This document shows, one piece after another, positions 29,748 to 39,374 of a DNA stretch of 64,000 nucleotides. Each line of letters begins with the position of its first letter. Within the stretch, counting starts at the first letter, position 1. Where the stretch lies: the NCBI GenBank assembly GCA_050949565.1, contig JBMNFY010000006.1, positions 64,001 to 128,000 of the forward strand. Direction: 5' to 3'. The translations under genes were made by a program, and so were the position numbers. The notes beneath the pieces are model-generated. The model did no database searches and was not told the DNA's origin. It saw only the letters and a program-made list of their open reading frames with translations. The DNA is from Kiritimatiellia bacterium. GTDB lineage: Bacteria; Verrucomicrobiota; Kiritimatiellia; RFP12; UBA1067.

Positions 29748-30536
29748 GTGTTTGACGCGCATGCCCACTTGCAAAGTCCGCTGCTCTCGGGCGTGCTGAC
29801 TCGGGTGATCGACGATGCCGCGCGTGTCGGCGTGACCGGCGTCTGCTGTTGCGCGACGATGCCGGACGACTGGTCGGCGGTGGCCGAACTGGCGCGGGCA
29901 CGCCTGCCATTTGTGCTGGTGCCAGCTTTCGGTGTCCATCCTTGGTATGTGCAGGGGCTGTCCGATGACTGGGATGAGCAACTGGTTGGTTTGCTCGATG
30001 CGCATCCGGTTGCGGCGGTGGGCGAGATCGGTCTGGACGGTCTGCGCGATGAGGTGCCTGCCGCACTCCAAGAGGAGGTGTTCCTGCGTCAGCTCGATAT
30101 CGCGGAGGCGTTGCACCGTCCGGTGATTCTGCACGGCGCGCGTGTCTGGGGGCGTTTGACGGAGCGGATCAAGCCCTATGCGCGGCGTCTGCCTGCGGTC
30201 GTCGTTCACGGCTTCAGCGGTTCAGCCGAAATCTTGAAGCAACTCCTGAATCTGGGAGCTTATGTGTCGTTCGCGGGGTCGGTCTGTAATCCCAGGGCTG
30301 CCAAGGTGCGGGCTGCGGTGCGCGACATACCGGACAGTCAGATGCTGATCGAGACCGATACGCCGGACATCTTTCCGCAAGGCGGCGCACCCGCTGCGAC
30401 GGGGACAGACGGCAAGCCGCTGAACCAGCCGGCGAACTTGCGCTACGTGTTGGAAGAGGTGGCCCGCTTGCGCAACACCACGCCCGAGGCGGTTTCAGAT
30501 ATCACCGGAGCCAACGCGCGCCGCGCGTTGCTGTAG
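29748..30536 (+). CDS. TatD family DNase
   Basis: DAHAH, GVHPW, VGEIGLD, ILH, VHGFSG, IETDTP. Confidence 0.93.
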   Translation: MFDAHAHLQSPLLSGVLTRVIDDAARVGVTGVCCCATMPDDWSAVAELARARLPFVLVPAFGVHPWYVQGLSDDWDEQLVGLLDAHPVAAVGEIGLDGLRDEVPAALQEEVFLRQLDIAEALHRPVILHGARVWGRLTERIKPYARRLPAVVVHGFSGSAEILKQLLNLGAYVSFAGSVCNPRAAKVRAAVRDIPDSQMLIETDTPDIFPQGGAPAATGTDGKPLNQPANLRYVLEEVARLRNTTPEAVSDITGANARRALL

Positions 30537-31434
30537 CGATGTTTACGCTCTGTCCATCATCGCTGTCACTCGCGCGCAGTGGGCCGGAGTGGCCTTGGCG
30601 ACAAGCGCGCGGTGTGATGCCGGTGTGCCGCTTGAAAAGGTTGGCAAAGTGTTGCGATGAGCAGAAGCCGAGGCGCATGGCAATGTCGGTGACCGGCAGC
30701 GAGGTGGTTTGCAGGAGTTCGCGCGCGGCGCGGATGCGGCAGTCGATCAGGAACTGGCGGGGAGGAAGGCCGGCCAGCATCCGGAAACGCGTGGTGAAGT
30801 GGGCGGGGGTCATGCCTGCGCGGCGCGCGAGTTCGTCCACCGGATAGTTGTTTTCCGGATGCGCCTGAATCTCGCGCAACAGAGCCTCGATGCGCGTCTC
30901 GCCGGGCGGTACGGTGTGGGCGCTGGCCGCGACTGTGATCTCCAGCAACAGATCGAGCAGGGCGATGCGCAGACGCAGCGGGCGCAACGTGTTGTCGGGT
31001 TCGTCATACACCGTGTGTAGCATTTGGAAAAGACGTCTGATGCGGTCGGTGCCGCGGAAATGTCGGTGCGGCAGGTTCAGCAGGGCGAGTCGCAGCGCGC
31101 GGGCCTCGGCGGTCGGCAGTTGCAGGAATGCGTTGTCGGGGGGATCGACGCGCAGGATCAGCCAATAGAGGATCAACCCCTTGGGATGTTCGCTGACTGT
31201 GTGGCGCTCGCCGGGAAAATTCACAAAGACATCGCCCGGGCCGACGCGGTAGGTCCTGCCGTTGCAGCCGAAGGTGAGCGTGTTGCGCACACAGGTGTGG
31301 ATCTCAAGACAGTCCGGGTGCCAGTGCTCCGGCACATCGGGGCGGGGATTGCGGTAATTGCAATATCCCAACATCGGGACGGCAGGGAGACCCAGCGGCG
31401 CGAGGTCAAGCGCACGCCGCTCGGGGGTGTTCAT
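30502..31434 (-). CDS. AraC family transcriptional regulator with cupin sensor domain
   Basis: HWHPDCLE...PGERH cupin; C-terminal ARELL..T.LPVTDIA..LGFCSSQHFANLFKRHTGITP. Confidence 0.93.
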   Translation of the reverse strand: MNTPERRALDLAPLGLPAVPMLGYCNYRNPRPDVPEHWHPDCLEIHTCVRNTLTFGCNGRTYRVGPGDVFVNFPGERHTVSEHPKGLILYWLILRVDPPDNAFLQLPTAEARALRLALLNLPHRHFRGTDRIRRLFQMLHTVYDEPDNTLRPLRLRIALLDLLLEITVAASAHTVPPGETRIEALLREIQAHPENNYPVDELARRAGMTPAHFTTRFRMLAGLPPRQFLIDCRIRAARELLQTTSLPVTDIAMRLGFCSSQHFANLFKRHTGITPRACRQGHSGPLRASDSDDGQSVNIATATRGARWLR

Positions 31435-31582
31435 GTAATCAAAACGCAGGTTGGAGATTGCTTTCACTTTGTGCGTAATCATACGATATTAGGATTGTGA
31501 ACGCAATCCAAAGACGCAACTTGTTAAAATGACTGTAAACAAAATCACGCTCCGATGCAGGAGCAAAAAGAAAGGGGCCATT

Positions 31583-32953
31583 ATGCTGCGGAAAATGATT
31601 CAGACCAAGGTCACATTGAAACGCGATTTCAAACCGCCGATCACGCTGCTCAACACGCTGAAGCAGGCGGCGGGCCCGAAAGATTCTGTGCTTGCGATTG
31701 CCTGGGAGCGCGAGAACGGCTACATCTCCCGCTATGATCTGCCGTTGCCGGCGCGCGCTGAGGATTTGCCGGAAGTGGCGCAACTTGCAGAGCGGATCGT
31801 GAAGTTCCTGCTCTGGGCCTCCGGCGGCTGGCGTTTGATGTTGGCGGGGCCGAGCAAGTTGTGCCGGTCGATCAAACAGCAGTACTCGAAGGATGGCGCG
31901 CGGAAGTTCGATGTGGACTTCATGGAAAAGGTCTACGACCGTCCAATGGTGGTGGAACTGCGCAAGCTGAGCGAGATGCCGCAGGCGCACGAGCGTGCAC
32001 TGGTGATGGACAACCGTACCAACGGTTGCCGGATCGGCTTCGACCTGGGGGCGAGCGATTTCAAGATCAGTGCGGTCAAGAATGGCAAGGCGGTTTACAG
32101 CGATGAGTTCCCATGGGATCCGCGTAACCAGACCGACCCGGATTATCACTACAACAAGTTGAACGAGGGGTTGAAGATCGCTGCGTCTAAGCTGCCGCGG
32201 GTGGATGCAATCGGCGGCAGCAGCGCCGGCGTGATCGTGGACAATCGGATTCGGGTGGCTTCGCTGCTCCGTTCGATTCCGGAAGCGCGCTATGCCGAGG
32301 CGCAGAACATGTTCGTCCGTCTGGCGGAGGAGTGGAAGGTGCCGATCGAGGTTGCCAACGACGGCGACGTGACGGCGTTGGCCGGTCTGATGTCGCTCGG
32401 CAAGAAAGGGATTCTGGGCGTGGCGATGGGTTCAAGCGAAGCTGTCGGTTTTATCGATCGCAACGGGTGCCTGACCGGGCGTCTCTCGGAACTCGCCTTT
32501 GCGCCGGTTGATCTGCATCCGGAGGCTCCGGCCGATGAGTGGTCGGGGGATATCGGTGTCGGCGCGATGTACTTCTCGCAGCAGGCGGTGAACCATTTGG
32601 CGTTGAAGAAGGGCATGCGCTTCCCGGCTAAGATGGCCTTGCCGCAACGTTTGGAGCGCGTGCAGGAGCGCATGGCGGAAGGCGATGTAACGGCCCTGCG
32701 GATCTACCAGAAGATTGGCCTCTACCTCGGTTACACCGTGCCGTGGTACCGTGAGTTTTACGGCTTTGACAGTATGATGATCCTCGGGCGCGTGACATCC
32801 GGCGCGGGCGGGGTCATGATTCTGGAGACGGCGCGGCTGATTCTTGCGGATCAATTCCCGGAAATCGCCGAGCAGGTGGAAGTGTTTATGCCGGACGAGA
32901 AGGCGCGCCGGGTTGGCCAATCGGTGGCGGCGGCCTCCCTGCCCGTGCTGTAA
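31583..32953 (+). CDS. ROK family sugar kinase-like protein with N-terminal extension
   Basis: IGFDLGASD, VANDGDVTALA, GVAMGSSEAVG, ELAF. Confidence 0.8.
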   Translation: MLRKMIQTKVTLKRDFKPPITLLNTLKQAAGPKDSVLAIAWERENGYISRYDLPLPARAEDLPEVAQLAERIVKFLLWASGGWRLMLAGPSKLCRSIKQQYSKDGARKFDVDFMEKVYDRPMVVELRKLSEMPQAHERALVMDNRTNGCRIGFDLGASDFKISAVKNGKAVYSDEFPWDPRNQTDPDYHYNKLNEGLKIAASKLPRVDAIGGSSAGVIVDNRIRVASLLRSIPEARYAEAQNMFVRLAEEWKVPIEVANDGDVTALAGLMSLGKKGILGVAMGSSEAVGFIDRNGCLTGRLSELAFAPVDLHPEAPADEWSGDIGVGAMYFSQQAVNHLALKKGMRFPAKMALPQRLERVQERMAEGDVTALRIYQKIGLYLGYTVPWYREFYGFDSMMILGRVTSGAGGVMILETARLILADQFPEIAEQVEVFMPDEKARRVGQSVAAASLPVL

Positions 32954-32960
32954 GTCGCGG

Positions 32961-33060
32961 GAGGCTCTTGCCCCCCCTCGTGGCATGGGCGTCCCGCCCA
33001 TGGAACACGGGCAAGATGCCCGTGCCACACCTCGCAAGCAAGGGGTTTTACAAGAGTCTC
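32961..33060 (+). mobile_element. ~100-bp MITE/REPIN-like element, copy 1
   Basis: Ends GAGGCTCTTG...CAAGAGTCTC (9/10 inverted repeat) around REP-like core GTGGCATGGGCGTCCCGCCCATGGAACACGGGCAAGATGCCCGTGCCAC; homologous inverted copy at 61134-61234. Confidence 0.75.
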
Positions 33061-33093
33061 ACTGTTGTTACGGAAGGAAAGGACGAGAGAAAC

Positions 33094-33936
33094 ATGAAAT
33101 TGACGAATGCGACGGCGGACATCTTTGTCCCCGACGGGACTCCGCTTGAGGCGGCGCTGGCACGCACAACCCATCTGGGGATCGGCGCACACCAGGATGA
33201 TCTGGAGTTTATGACGGTGCATGGCATCCTGACCTGTTTCGGCCAGCCGGACAAATCGTATTGCGGGGTGACCTGCACCGATGGCGCGGGCAGTTCGCGT
33301 AGCGGGGTTTATGCCGCCTACACCGATGATGAGATGAAGGCGGTGCGGCGCGTCGAGCAGCGTACTGCGGCGATGGTGGGGCGTTACGGCGCTATACTGC
33401 AACTTGATTTCACCAGCAAGCAGGTCAAGGCGCAGGACAATACGCCGTTGGTGAATGACCTGTACGAGATTCTGATGGCGACGCGTCCGCAGACGGTCTA
33501 CACGCATGCGCCTTCCGACAAGCACGACACGCATGTCGGCGTGACGCGCGCCGCGATCGCGGCGATCCGGCGCATGCCGGTCGCCGACCGTCCGCAGCAG
33601 GTCTACGGGTGCGAGATCTGGCGCGATCTCGACTGGCTGCCGGATGACCGCAAGGTCGTGCTGGATGTCAGCGAACGCGCCAATATCTCGGCCGCGCTCT
33701 CCGCAGTTTTCGATTCGCAGATTTCAGGCGGCAAGCGGTATGACGAAGCGGTCATGGGACGCCGCAGAGCCCACGCCACCTTCTTCGAGTCGCATGCCGT
33801 GGATTCTGCCACGCTGTTGTCCTTCGCCATGGACCTGACTCCGGTGGTGCAAGACGACACGTTGTCGCTGGCCGCCTACACGTCCTCGCTGATCGACGCC
33901 ATGAAAGCGGATGTCGTACGGCGACTAGGCGAGTGA
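33094..33936 (+). CDS. PIG-L/LmbE family N-deacetylase
   Basis: AHQDDLE, CTDGAG, R..EQ..AA, YTH..DKHDTH. Confidence 0.88.
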   Translation: MKLTNATADIFVPDGTPLEAALARTTHLGIGAHQDDLEFMTVHGILTCFGQPDKSYCGVTCTDGAGSSRSGVYAAYTDDEMKAVRRVEQRTAAMVGRYGAILQLDFTSKQVKAQDNTPLVNDLYEILMATRPQTVYTHAPSDKHDTHVGVTRAAIAAIRRMPVADRPQQVYGCEIWRDLDWLPDDRKVVLDVSERANISAALSAVFDSQISGGKRYDEAVMGRRRAHATFFESHAVDSATLLSFAMDLTPVVQDDTLSLAAYTSSLIDAMKADVVRRLGE

Positions 33937-34042
33937 GGAGCAATCGGGTGGTGACAGGGGGCTCAGCAATGAACCCTGAAACCATCCTTCCGCACAGCGG
34001 AAGGCGGCTCGTGGGGACACTCGCCCTCCATTGTCGCGCCCT

Positions 34043-34177
34043 ACACTTAGTCCCTGCACTTCGTCGCTTACACTTCGTCCAAACACTTCGTCGCGAGCAC
34101 AATCGACTAAGACGACTAAGCGTTTTCGACTAAGTGTGGCGACTAAGTGTTTCCGACTAAGTGTGACGATTAAGTGT
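34043..34177. repeat. Inverted array of decamers (4 x ACACTTMGTC, then 5-6 x GACTAAGTGT), 13-14 bp period
   Basis: Units at 34043, 34056, 34070, 34083 and reverse-oriented units at 34105 (partial), 34114, 34128, 34141, 34155, 34168. Confidence 0.9.
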
Positions 34178-34209
34178 TTTCGCGGAGAGAGAGAATTTGA
34201 GGAGAAAAT

Positions 34210-35313
34210 ATGTCAACTGACCAAAATGCATTACGCGACGTGTTTACCGGGTTTTATGCTTGGGGGGATTTTGTATCGGCCGAGCCGTACGGCACCGGCC
34301 ATATCAATGACACCTACCGTGTCCAGACTAGTCTGGCCGGTACGCCCGTGCATTACCTGATGCAGCGCATCAACCACGACATCTTCAAGCAACCGGACGG
34401 CGTGATGGATAACATCGTGCGCGTCACCCATCATCTGCGGGCCAAGATGGCGGGGGCACCCGACGCATCGCGCAGAGCATTGACCGTCATTCCCGCGCGG
34501 GTGGATGGACGCCCTTGGGTACGTGACCGCATCGGCAACTGGTGGCGTCTCTATCTCTTCATCGAGCGGGCGCGCACGTATGATGTGATTGAAGACGCGC
34601 GTCAGGCATTCGAAGCGGCGCGTGCGTTCGCACGCTTCCAAAACCTGCTCGCGGATTTGCCCGCGCCGAGGCTGAACGAGACCATTCCGGCCTTTCACAA
34701 TACGCTCTCGCGTTTGGATGCGCTGGATGCCGCGATTCAGGCCGACGCCTTTGGACGCAAGGCTGAGGTCGCGGCGGAGATCGAGTTTGTCAAAGAGCGG
34801 CGTTCACGCTGTGGGCACTTGCTCGAACGCCACGCACGCGGTGAGATCCCGGAACGCATCACGCATAACGATACCAAGATCAACAACGTGATGCTGGACG
34901 ATGAAACGGGCGAGGGCGTCTGTGTGATCGATCTCGACACGGTGATGCCGGGACTCGCGCTCTACGACTTTGGCGATATGGTGCGCACCGCGACGGCTTC
35001 GGCGCTCGAAGACGAGCGCGATCTTTCAAAGGTCAGTTGCCGCATGGAGATGTTTGAGGCGCTGACGCGCGGTTATCTTGAAGGCGCGAACTTCCTGTTG
35101 CCGGCCGAGCGCGAGGAGCTGGTGTTTTCCGGACAGTTGATTACGCTGACGATCGGTATCCGCTTTTTGACGGACTATCTGTCAGGCGACGTCTATTTCC
35201 GTACACACCGCCCGGGCCATAATCTCGACCGTTGCCGCACCCAGTTCAAAATGGTGAGCAGCATGGAAGAGCAGGCGGCGGCGATGGAAGAGATTGTACG
35301 CGCGGTGGGATGA
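34210..35313 (+). CDS. APH-family phosphotransferase, N-acetylhexosamine 1-kinase-like
   Basis: GTGHINDTY, QRIN, RITHNDTKINN, VIDLDTVMPG, YDFGD, RFLTDYL.GD.YF. Confidence 0.85.
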   Translation: MSTDQNALRDVFTGFYAWGDFVSAEPYGTGHINDTYRVQTSLAGTPVHYLMQRINHDIFKQPDGVMDNIVRVTHHLRAKMAGAPDASRRALTVIPARVDGRPWVRDRIGNWWRLYLFIERARTYDVIEDARQAFEAARAFARFQNLLADLPAPRLNETIPAFHNTLSRLDALDAAIQADAFGRKAEVAAEIEFVKERRSRCGHLLERHARGEIPERITHNDTKINNVMLDDETGEGVCVIDLDTVMPGLALYDFGDMVRTATASALEDERDLSKVSCRMEMFEALTRGYLEGANFLLPAEREELVFSGQLITLTIGIRFLTDYLSGDVYFRTHRPGHNLDRCRTQFKMVSSMEEQAAAMEEIVRAVG

Positions 35314-35333
35314 ATGAATAGCGGAGCATAGTC

Positions 35334-36191
35334 ATGAACAAGACATCCAATAAAATCGTTCTGGCGCTGTTGGCGCTCATCTCGTTCTCGTTTCTGGCGG
35401 TCGCCGCCGAGCCGAACATATCCGTGTTTGCGAATTTTGTCCGGCGGGTCTCAAAAGAGCGTAACATCTCCCTTGGCGAGGCTGCGGAACGGCTGTATGC
35501 GCTCGGGGTGCGTGGTGTCGATGCGGGACCCTACGAGAAGGACCTTGATCAGTTGGCGGCGACGCCGCTCAAAATCATCAACTTCTACTACTTTGCGCCG
35601 ATGTTCGACGACTCGAAGTTTCCAGAGGACGCTAAGCGCTGCCTTGATCTTGCCGTTAAATACGGGGTGCCGCGGATTATGGTCATTCCGCCGAACTTTA
35701 CCGCAGACGGGGACGAGGCGGCGGAATTTGACATCATCCTCGCAAAGATGAAGGACTTCACCGCGCAAGCCGGAAAACTCGGAATCAAAGTGACCGTTGA
35801 GGATTTCGGTGGACCCCAAAACGCCTGTTCGCACACGAAATACCTGCGCCGTTTTCTGGATGAAATCCCGGAAATCGGGTTCGCCCTTGACTCCGGGAAT
35901 CTATATTACGCTGGCCGTGGGGAATCTATTCTCGAACTCATGGAGTATGCGAAGGACCGCGTTGCTCACATCCACCTTAAGGACCAGCCGAAGGAGAACA
36001 ACCGGGCGTATGTGACGTTGGGACTTGGAGCCGTGCCGAACGAGGCCATTGTCACGGCGATGGCCCGGGCCGGTTACACAGGCTGGTACACGCTGGAGAA
36101 TCCCGTCGGAGATACCTACACGGATACCGTGCGCCAGACGGCCGTTCTCAAGTCGTGGCTGGAGGCCGCGAAAGCGCCGCCGACTCAATGA
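35334..36191 (+). CDS. Secreted sugar phosphate isomerase/epimerase (AP endonuclease 2 TIM barrel)
   Basis: Signal peptide; VTVED, LDSGN, HIHLKD, LGLGAVP, GYTGWYTLE. Confidence 0.85.
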   Translation: MNKTSNKIVLALLALISFSFLAVAAEPNISVFANFVRRVSKERNISLGEAAERLYALGVRGVDAGPYEKDLDQLAATPLKIINFYYFAPMFDDSKFPEDAKRCLDLAVKYGVPRIMVIPPNFTADGDEAAEFDIILAKMKDFTAQAGKLGIKVTVEDFGGPQNACSHTKYLRRFLDEIPEIGFALDSGNLYYAGRGESILELMEYAKDRVAHIHLKDQPKENNRAYVTLGLGAVPNEAIVTAMARAGYTGWYTLENPVGDTYTDTVRQTAVLKSWLEAAKAPPTQ

Positions 36192-36366
36192 GTCTTGCAA
36201 GAATGCAGGCGCGAAGACGCGGAGATTTTGCCTTCGCCTTGCGCTTATCCTTTACAACCCCGCAGGTCTGGCGAACGGATTTGGAGTGTGGGGTGTGCGA
36301 AGGTCATGCGTTTCTGGTGAAGGAGTTATGCATGGCAAGGGAGGGCAGGACGTCGCGGATCACCCA

Positions 36367-36428
36367 CCGGCCCAAAGGGCCGGATGCACCATAGCCCGGG
36401 GCTGCGCTCCGCTTGCCCCGGGCTATGG
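36367..36428 (+). repeat. 62-bp REP-like multi-hairpin repeat, copy 1
   Basis: 56/62 identical by manual alignment to the reverse complement of 53569-53630. Confidence 0.85.
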
Positions 36429-36674
36429 TGAGGCCACCCCTTCGGGGCTTGGGCTCCGCGCACAGCGCGGGAAAAAACGCTCGACGTTCAATTTTCAGCG
36501 GGCGGGGACGCCCGCGCTCCCGACTGCGCACACACAAAACACGCACTTGACTCGCATGCCCCCTGTCACTAACCGATTACAAACTAGGAATAATGGGAGC
36601 TTGTCGGATCTGGCAGGGATAGGTTATGATTTCACGCTTCTGTTATCGCTACATTCCTAAGGGAGCGTAATGTT

Positions 36675-38018
36675 ATGAGGATCACTTTTCCGTCTGTGTG
36701 GATTCTGGGAGTCTTGTGCATGGTGTTTGCGGCGCATAGTGCGCCGGAGTACCGTCAGATTCAAGCGCAAGAGGTGCGCACGCGTGGTGGCATCGGGCAT
36801 ACGATGGCTAAGATCAACGCCGGGCAGGAGGTGACGGTCGCCTATCTGGGCGGTTCGATCACTGCGATGAACGGCTGGCGCAACAAGACGACGGAGTGGC
36901 TGCAAACAACCTATCCCAAGGCAAAGTTCAAGGAGGTGCATGCGGCGATCGGTGGCACAGGCAGCGATCTCGGTGTCTTCCGTTTGGGACGCGACGTGCT
37001 CGCCCATCGTCCCGACCTGCTTTTCGTGGAGTTTGCCACGAACGACGGCGGTACGGCTCCGGAGCAGATTTGGCGCAGCATGGAGGGCATCGTGCGCCAG
37101 ACCTGGAAGCAAGATCCGCAGACCGACATTGTTTTCACCTACACGATTACGACCGCGTTCACCAATGACTACTGCAAAGGGCTGTGCAATCGCTCCGCTT
37201 CGGCGATGGAGTTGTTGGCCGATCATTACGCGATTCCCTCCATTAATTTCGGGCCGCGCGTGGCCGCCTTAATCAACGAGAACAAGCTGATCATGGACGC
37301 GAAGGTGATCGAGACTGCCGTGCCTAAAGAGTCGGCGGACCGCGACCGTTTGATCCGTGAGCGTATCGCGGCAGATCCGCGCCTGCTTTTCGCCAATGAC
37401 GGCGTGCATCCGCGCGACGAGGGACACGATCTCTACAAGGCCTCGATCATTGAGGGCCTGACGCAGATGAAGAACATGCCGCCCGTCGACCGGGCATCGA
37501 AACTTGCCGTGCCGTTTGTCGCTGACCATTGGGAGGCGGCCAAGATGGTGCCGATCACACGCGCCATGCTGAGCGGCGAGTGGACCGCATTGCCGCCGGA
37601 GGATGGCAAGCAGAAGGCTTTCGGTGCCCGCATGGGTCAGATTTGGACCGCCGAAAAGCCGGGCAGCGCGTTGCACTTCCGCTTCAAAGGCCGAATCGCG
37701 AAGATCTACGATCTGCTCGGCCCCGATGGCGGTCAGGTGATTATCACGGTCAACGGCCAGCGTAGCACCACCAAGCCGGTACCGCGTTTTGATAGCTATT
37801 GCACCTATCACCGCATCGCCACGCTTGGTGTGGTGTGGGACGGCAACGATCCGCAGCAGGTCCATGACGTGACGGTCGAGATCTATCCCGAACAGCCCGA
37901 CCGCAAGAGCGTGGCGTTCCGTCTCAAAGATCCTGACACGGAACTTAAGTCGCCGAAATATCAAGGCACCCGTGTCTGGGTCAGCCAACTCATGCTGATC
38001 GGAGATCTTGTAGAATAG
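36675..38018 (+). CDS. Secreted SGNH/GDSL esterase
   Basis: LGGSIT, AAIGGTGS, VEFATND, DGVHP; signal peptide. Confidence 0.9.
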   Translation: MRITFPSVWILGVLCMVFAAHSAPEYRQIQAQEVRTRGGIGHTMAKINAGQEVTVAYLGGSITAMNGWRNKTTEWLQTTYPKAKFKEVHAAIGGTGSDLGVFRLGRDVLAHRPDLLFVEFATNDGGTAPEQIWRSMEGIVRQTWKQDPQTDIVFTYTITTAFTNDYCKGLCNRSASAMELLADHYAIPSINFGPRVAALINENKLIMDAKVIETAVPKESADRDRLIRERIAADPRLLFANDGVHPRDEGHDLYKASIIEGLTQMKNMPPVDRASKLAVPFVADHWEAAKMVPITRAMLSGEWTALPPEDGKQKAFGARMGQIWTAEKPGSALHFRFKGRIAKIYDLLGPDGGQVIITVNGQRSTTKPVPRFDSYCTYHRIATLGVVWDGNDPQQVHDVTVEIYPEQPDRKSVAFRLKDPDTELKSPKYQGTRVWVSQLMLIGDLVE

Positions 38019-38021
38019 CGC

Positions 38022-39374
38022 ATGCGTGTAGAAAAAAACAGTTCGGTTTCGGCAGGCTTTATCAGCCTCGGGTGCGCCAAGAATCTCGTGGATTCACAGG
38101 TGATGGCGGGCTATCTCAAGCATGGCGGGGTTGCGCTCGCGCCCTCGCCTGAAACGGCGGACGTGATTCTCGTCAACACCTGCGCGTTTATCGAAGCGGC
38201 TCGCGAAGAGGCGGCGGACGCGATTCTGGAAGCTTGCGAGTACAAGCGCGAAGGCGGATGCCGCGCGGTGGTCGTGACCGGTTGCATGGTGCAGCGCTAC
38301 CGCGAACGCATGCAGAAAGCCTTCCCGGATGTGGATGCGTTTCTGGGAGTGGACGAACTGGAGCGGGTCTCCGAGGTCGTGCGTCAGGCGGCGGCCGGGG
38401 AGCCGGCCGGTGTGGTCGTGGCGCGTGGCGAAGCGCATAAAGTGTATACGCCGCTCTATCCCACGTTGCTCTTCACCGGCGGGCCGTTCGCCTATCTCAA
38501 AATTGCGGAGGGGTGCAGTCACCGCTGCGCCTATTGTGCGATCCCGAAGATCCGCGGGCGTTTCCGTTCGCGCGGTGCGGATGAACTGCTGGAAGAAGCG
38601 CGCAGCATGGTCGCGGCCGGCGTTAAAGAGATCAACCTGATTGCGCAGGACTCACTGCGCTACGGCACGGATCGCAAAGACGGCGCGACCTTGACCGGAT
38701 TGCTGCGTCGTCTGGATGCGCTGGAGGGCGAGTTCTGGTTGCGCGTGCTCTACGGCCATCCGGCCAGCGTCTCCGATGAGTTGCTGGAACTGCTGAACGG
38801 CTCCCGCCACGTTTGCCGCTACCTCGACCTGCCGGTGCAGCACAGCCACCCGGACGTCTTGCGCGCCATGAACCGCGGCAAGGCGGTCGACGCGATCTTG
38901 GATCTGCCACAGCGCTTGCGGCAGGCGGTGCCGGGGATCGTGTTGCGCACCACCTGTCTGGTGGGATTCCCCGGTGAAACCGAAACGCATTTCGAACATC
39001 TGTTGGAGTATGTGAAACAGGCGAAGTTCGATCACCTCGGCGTTTTTGTCTATTCACCGGAAGAGGAGACCGCAGCATTTGAGATGGCGGACGTGCCCGA
39101 ACTGGAGGTCGCGGAATCGCGCCGGGAGCGGTTGATGGCGGCACAGCGGGCGATTGTGGATGAACGGGCGCGCGCGCTTGCGGGCAGTACGGATACGGCG
39201 CTGTTGCTGCATCGTACGCGCGGCGCCTGGATCGGCCGATTGGCACGGCAGGCTCCGGAGGTGGACGGCGAGACGCGCGTGACCGGCGTGCCGTCTGATG
39301 CGCGGCCAGGAACTTTTGTGCCGGTACGTGTGACCGGCGGTAACGGATATGATCTGAAAGCACAGGTAATCTAA
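38022..39374 (+). CDS. rimO: Ribosomal protein S12 methylthiotransferase
   Basis: SLGCAKNLVDS, NTCAFI, AYLKIAEGCSHRCAYCAIP radical SAM motif, APEVDG. Confidence 0.95.
   Translation: MRVEKNSSVSAGFISLGCAKNLVDSQVMAGYLKHGGVALAPSPETADVILVNTCAFIEAAREEAADAILEACEYKREGGCRAVVVTGCMVQRYRERMQKAFPDVDAFLGVDELERVSEVVRQAAAGEPAGVVVARGEAHKVYTPLYPTLLFTGGPFAYLKIAEGCSHRCAYCAIPKIRGRFRSRGADELLEEARSMVAAGVKEINLIAQDSLRYGTDRKDGATLTGLLRRLDALEGEFWLRVLYGHPASVSDELLELLNGSRHVCRYLDLPVQHSHPDVLRAMNRGKAVDAILDLPQRLRQAVPGIVLRTTCLVGFPGETETHFEHLLEYVKQAKFDHLGVFVYSPEEETAAFEMADVPELEVAESRRERLMAAQRAIVDERARALAGSTDTALLLHRTRGAWIGRLARQAPEVDGETRVTGVPSDARPGTFVPVRVTGGNGYDLKAQVI

Noticed and set aside
32968-33093. N-terminal extension of the PIG-L ORF
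   Set aside because: It is the translated MITE-like element; the ATG at 33094 has a purine-rich RBS and matches the expected family start
34043-34177. Possible CRISPR array
   Set aside because: Units are 10 bp with 3-4 nt linkers and switch orientation; no 23-47 bp repeats with unique spacers and no cas genes
36025-36660. 211-aa ORF in the spacer before the SGNH gene
   Set aside because: It overlaps the upstream gene and consists largely of translated REP-like repeats with no protein-like features
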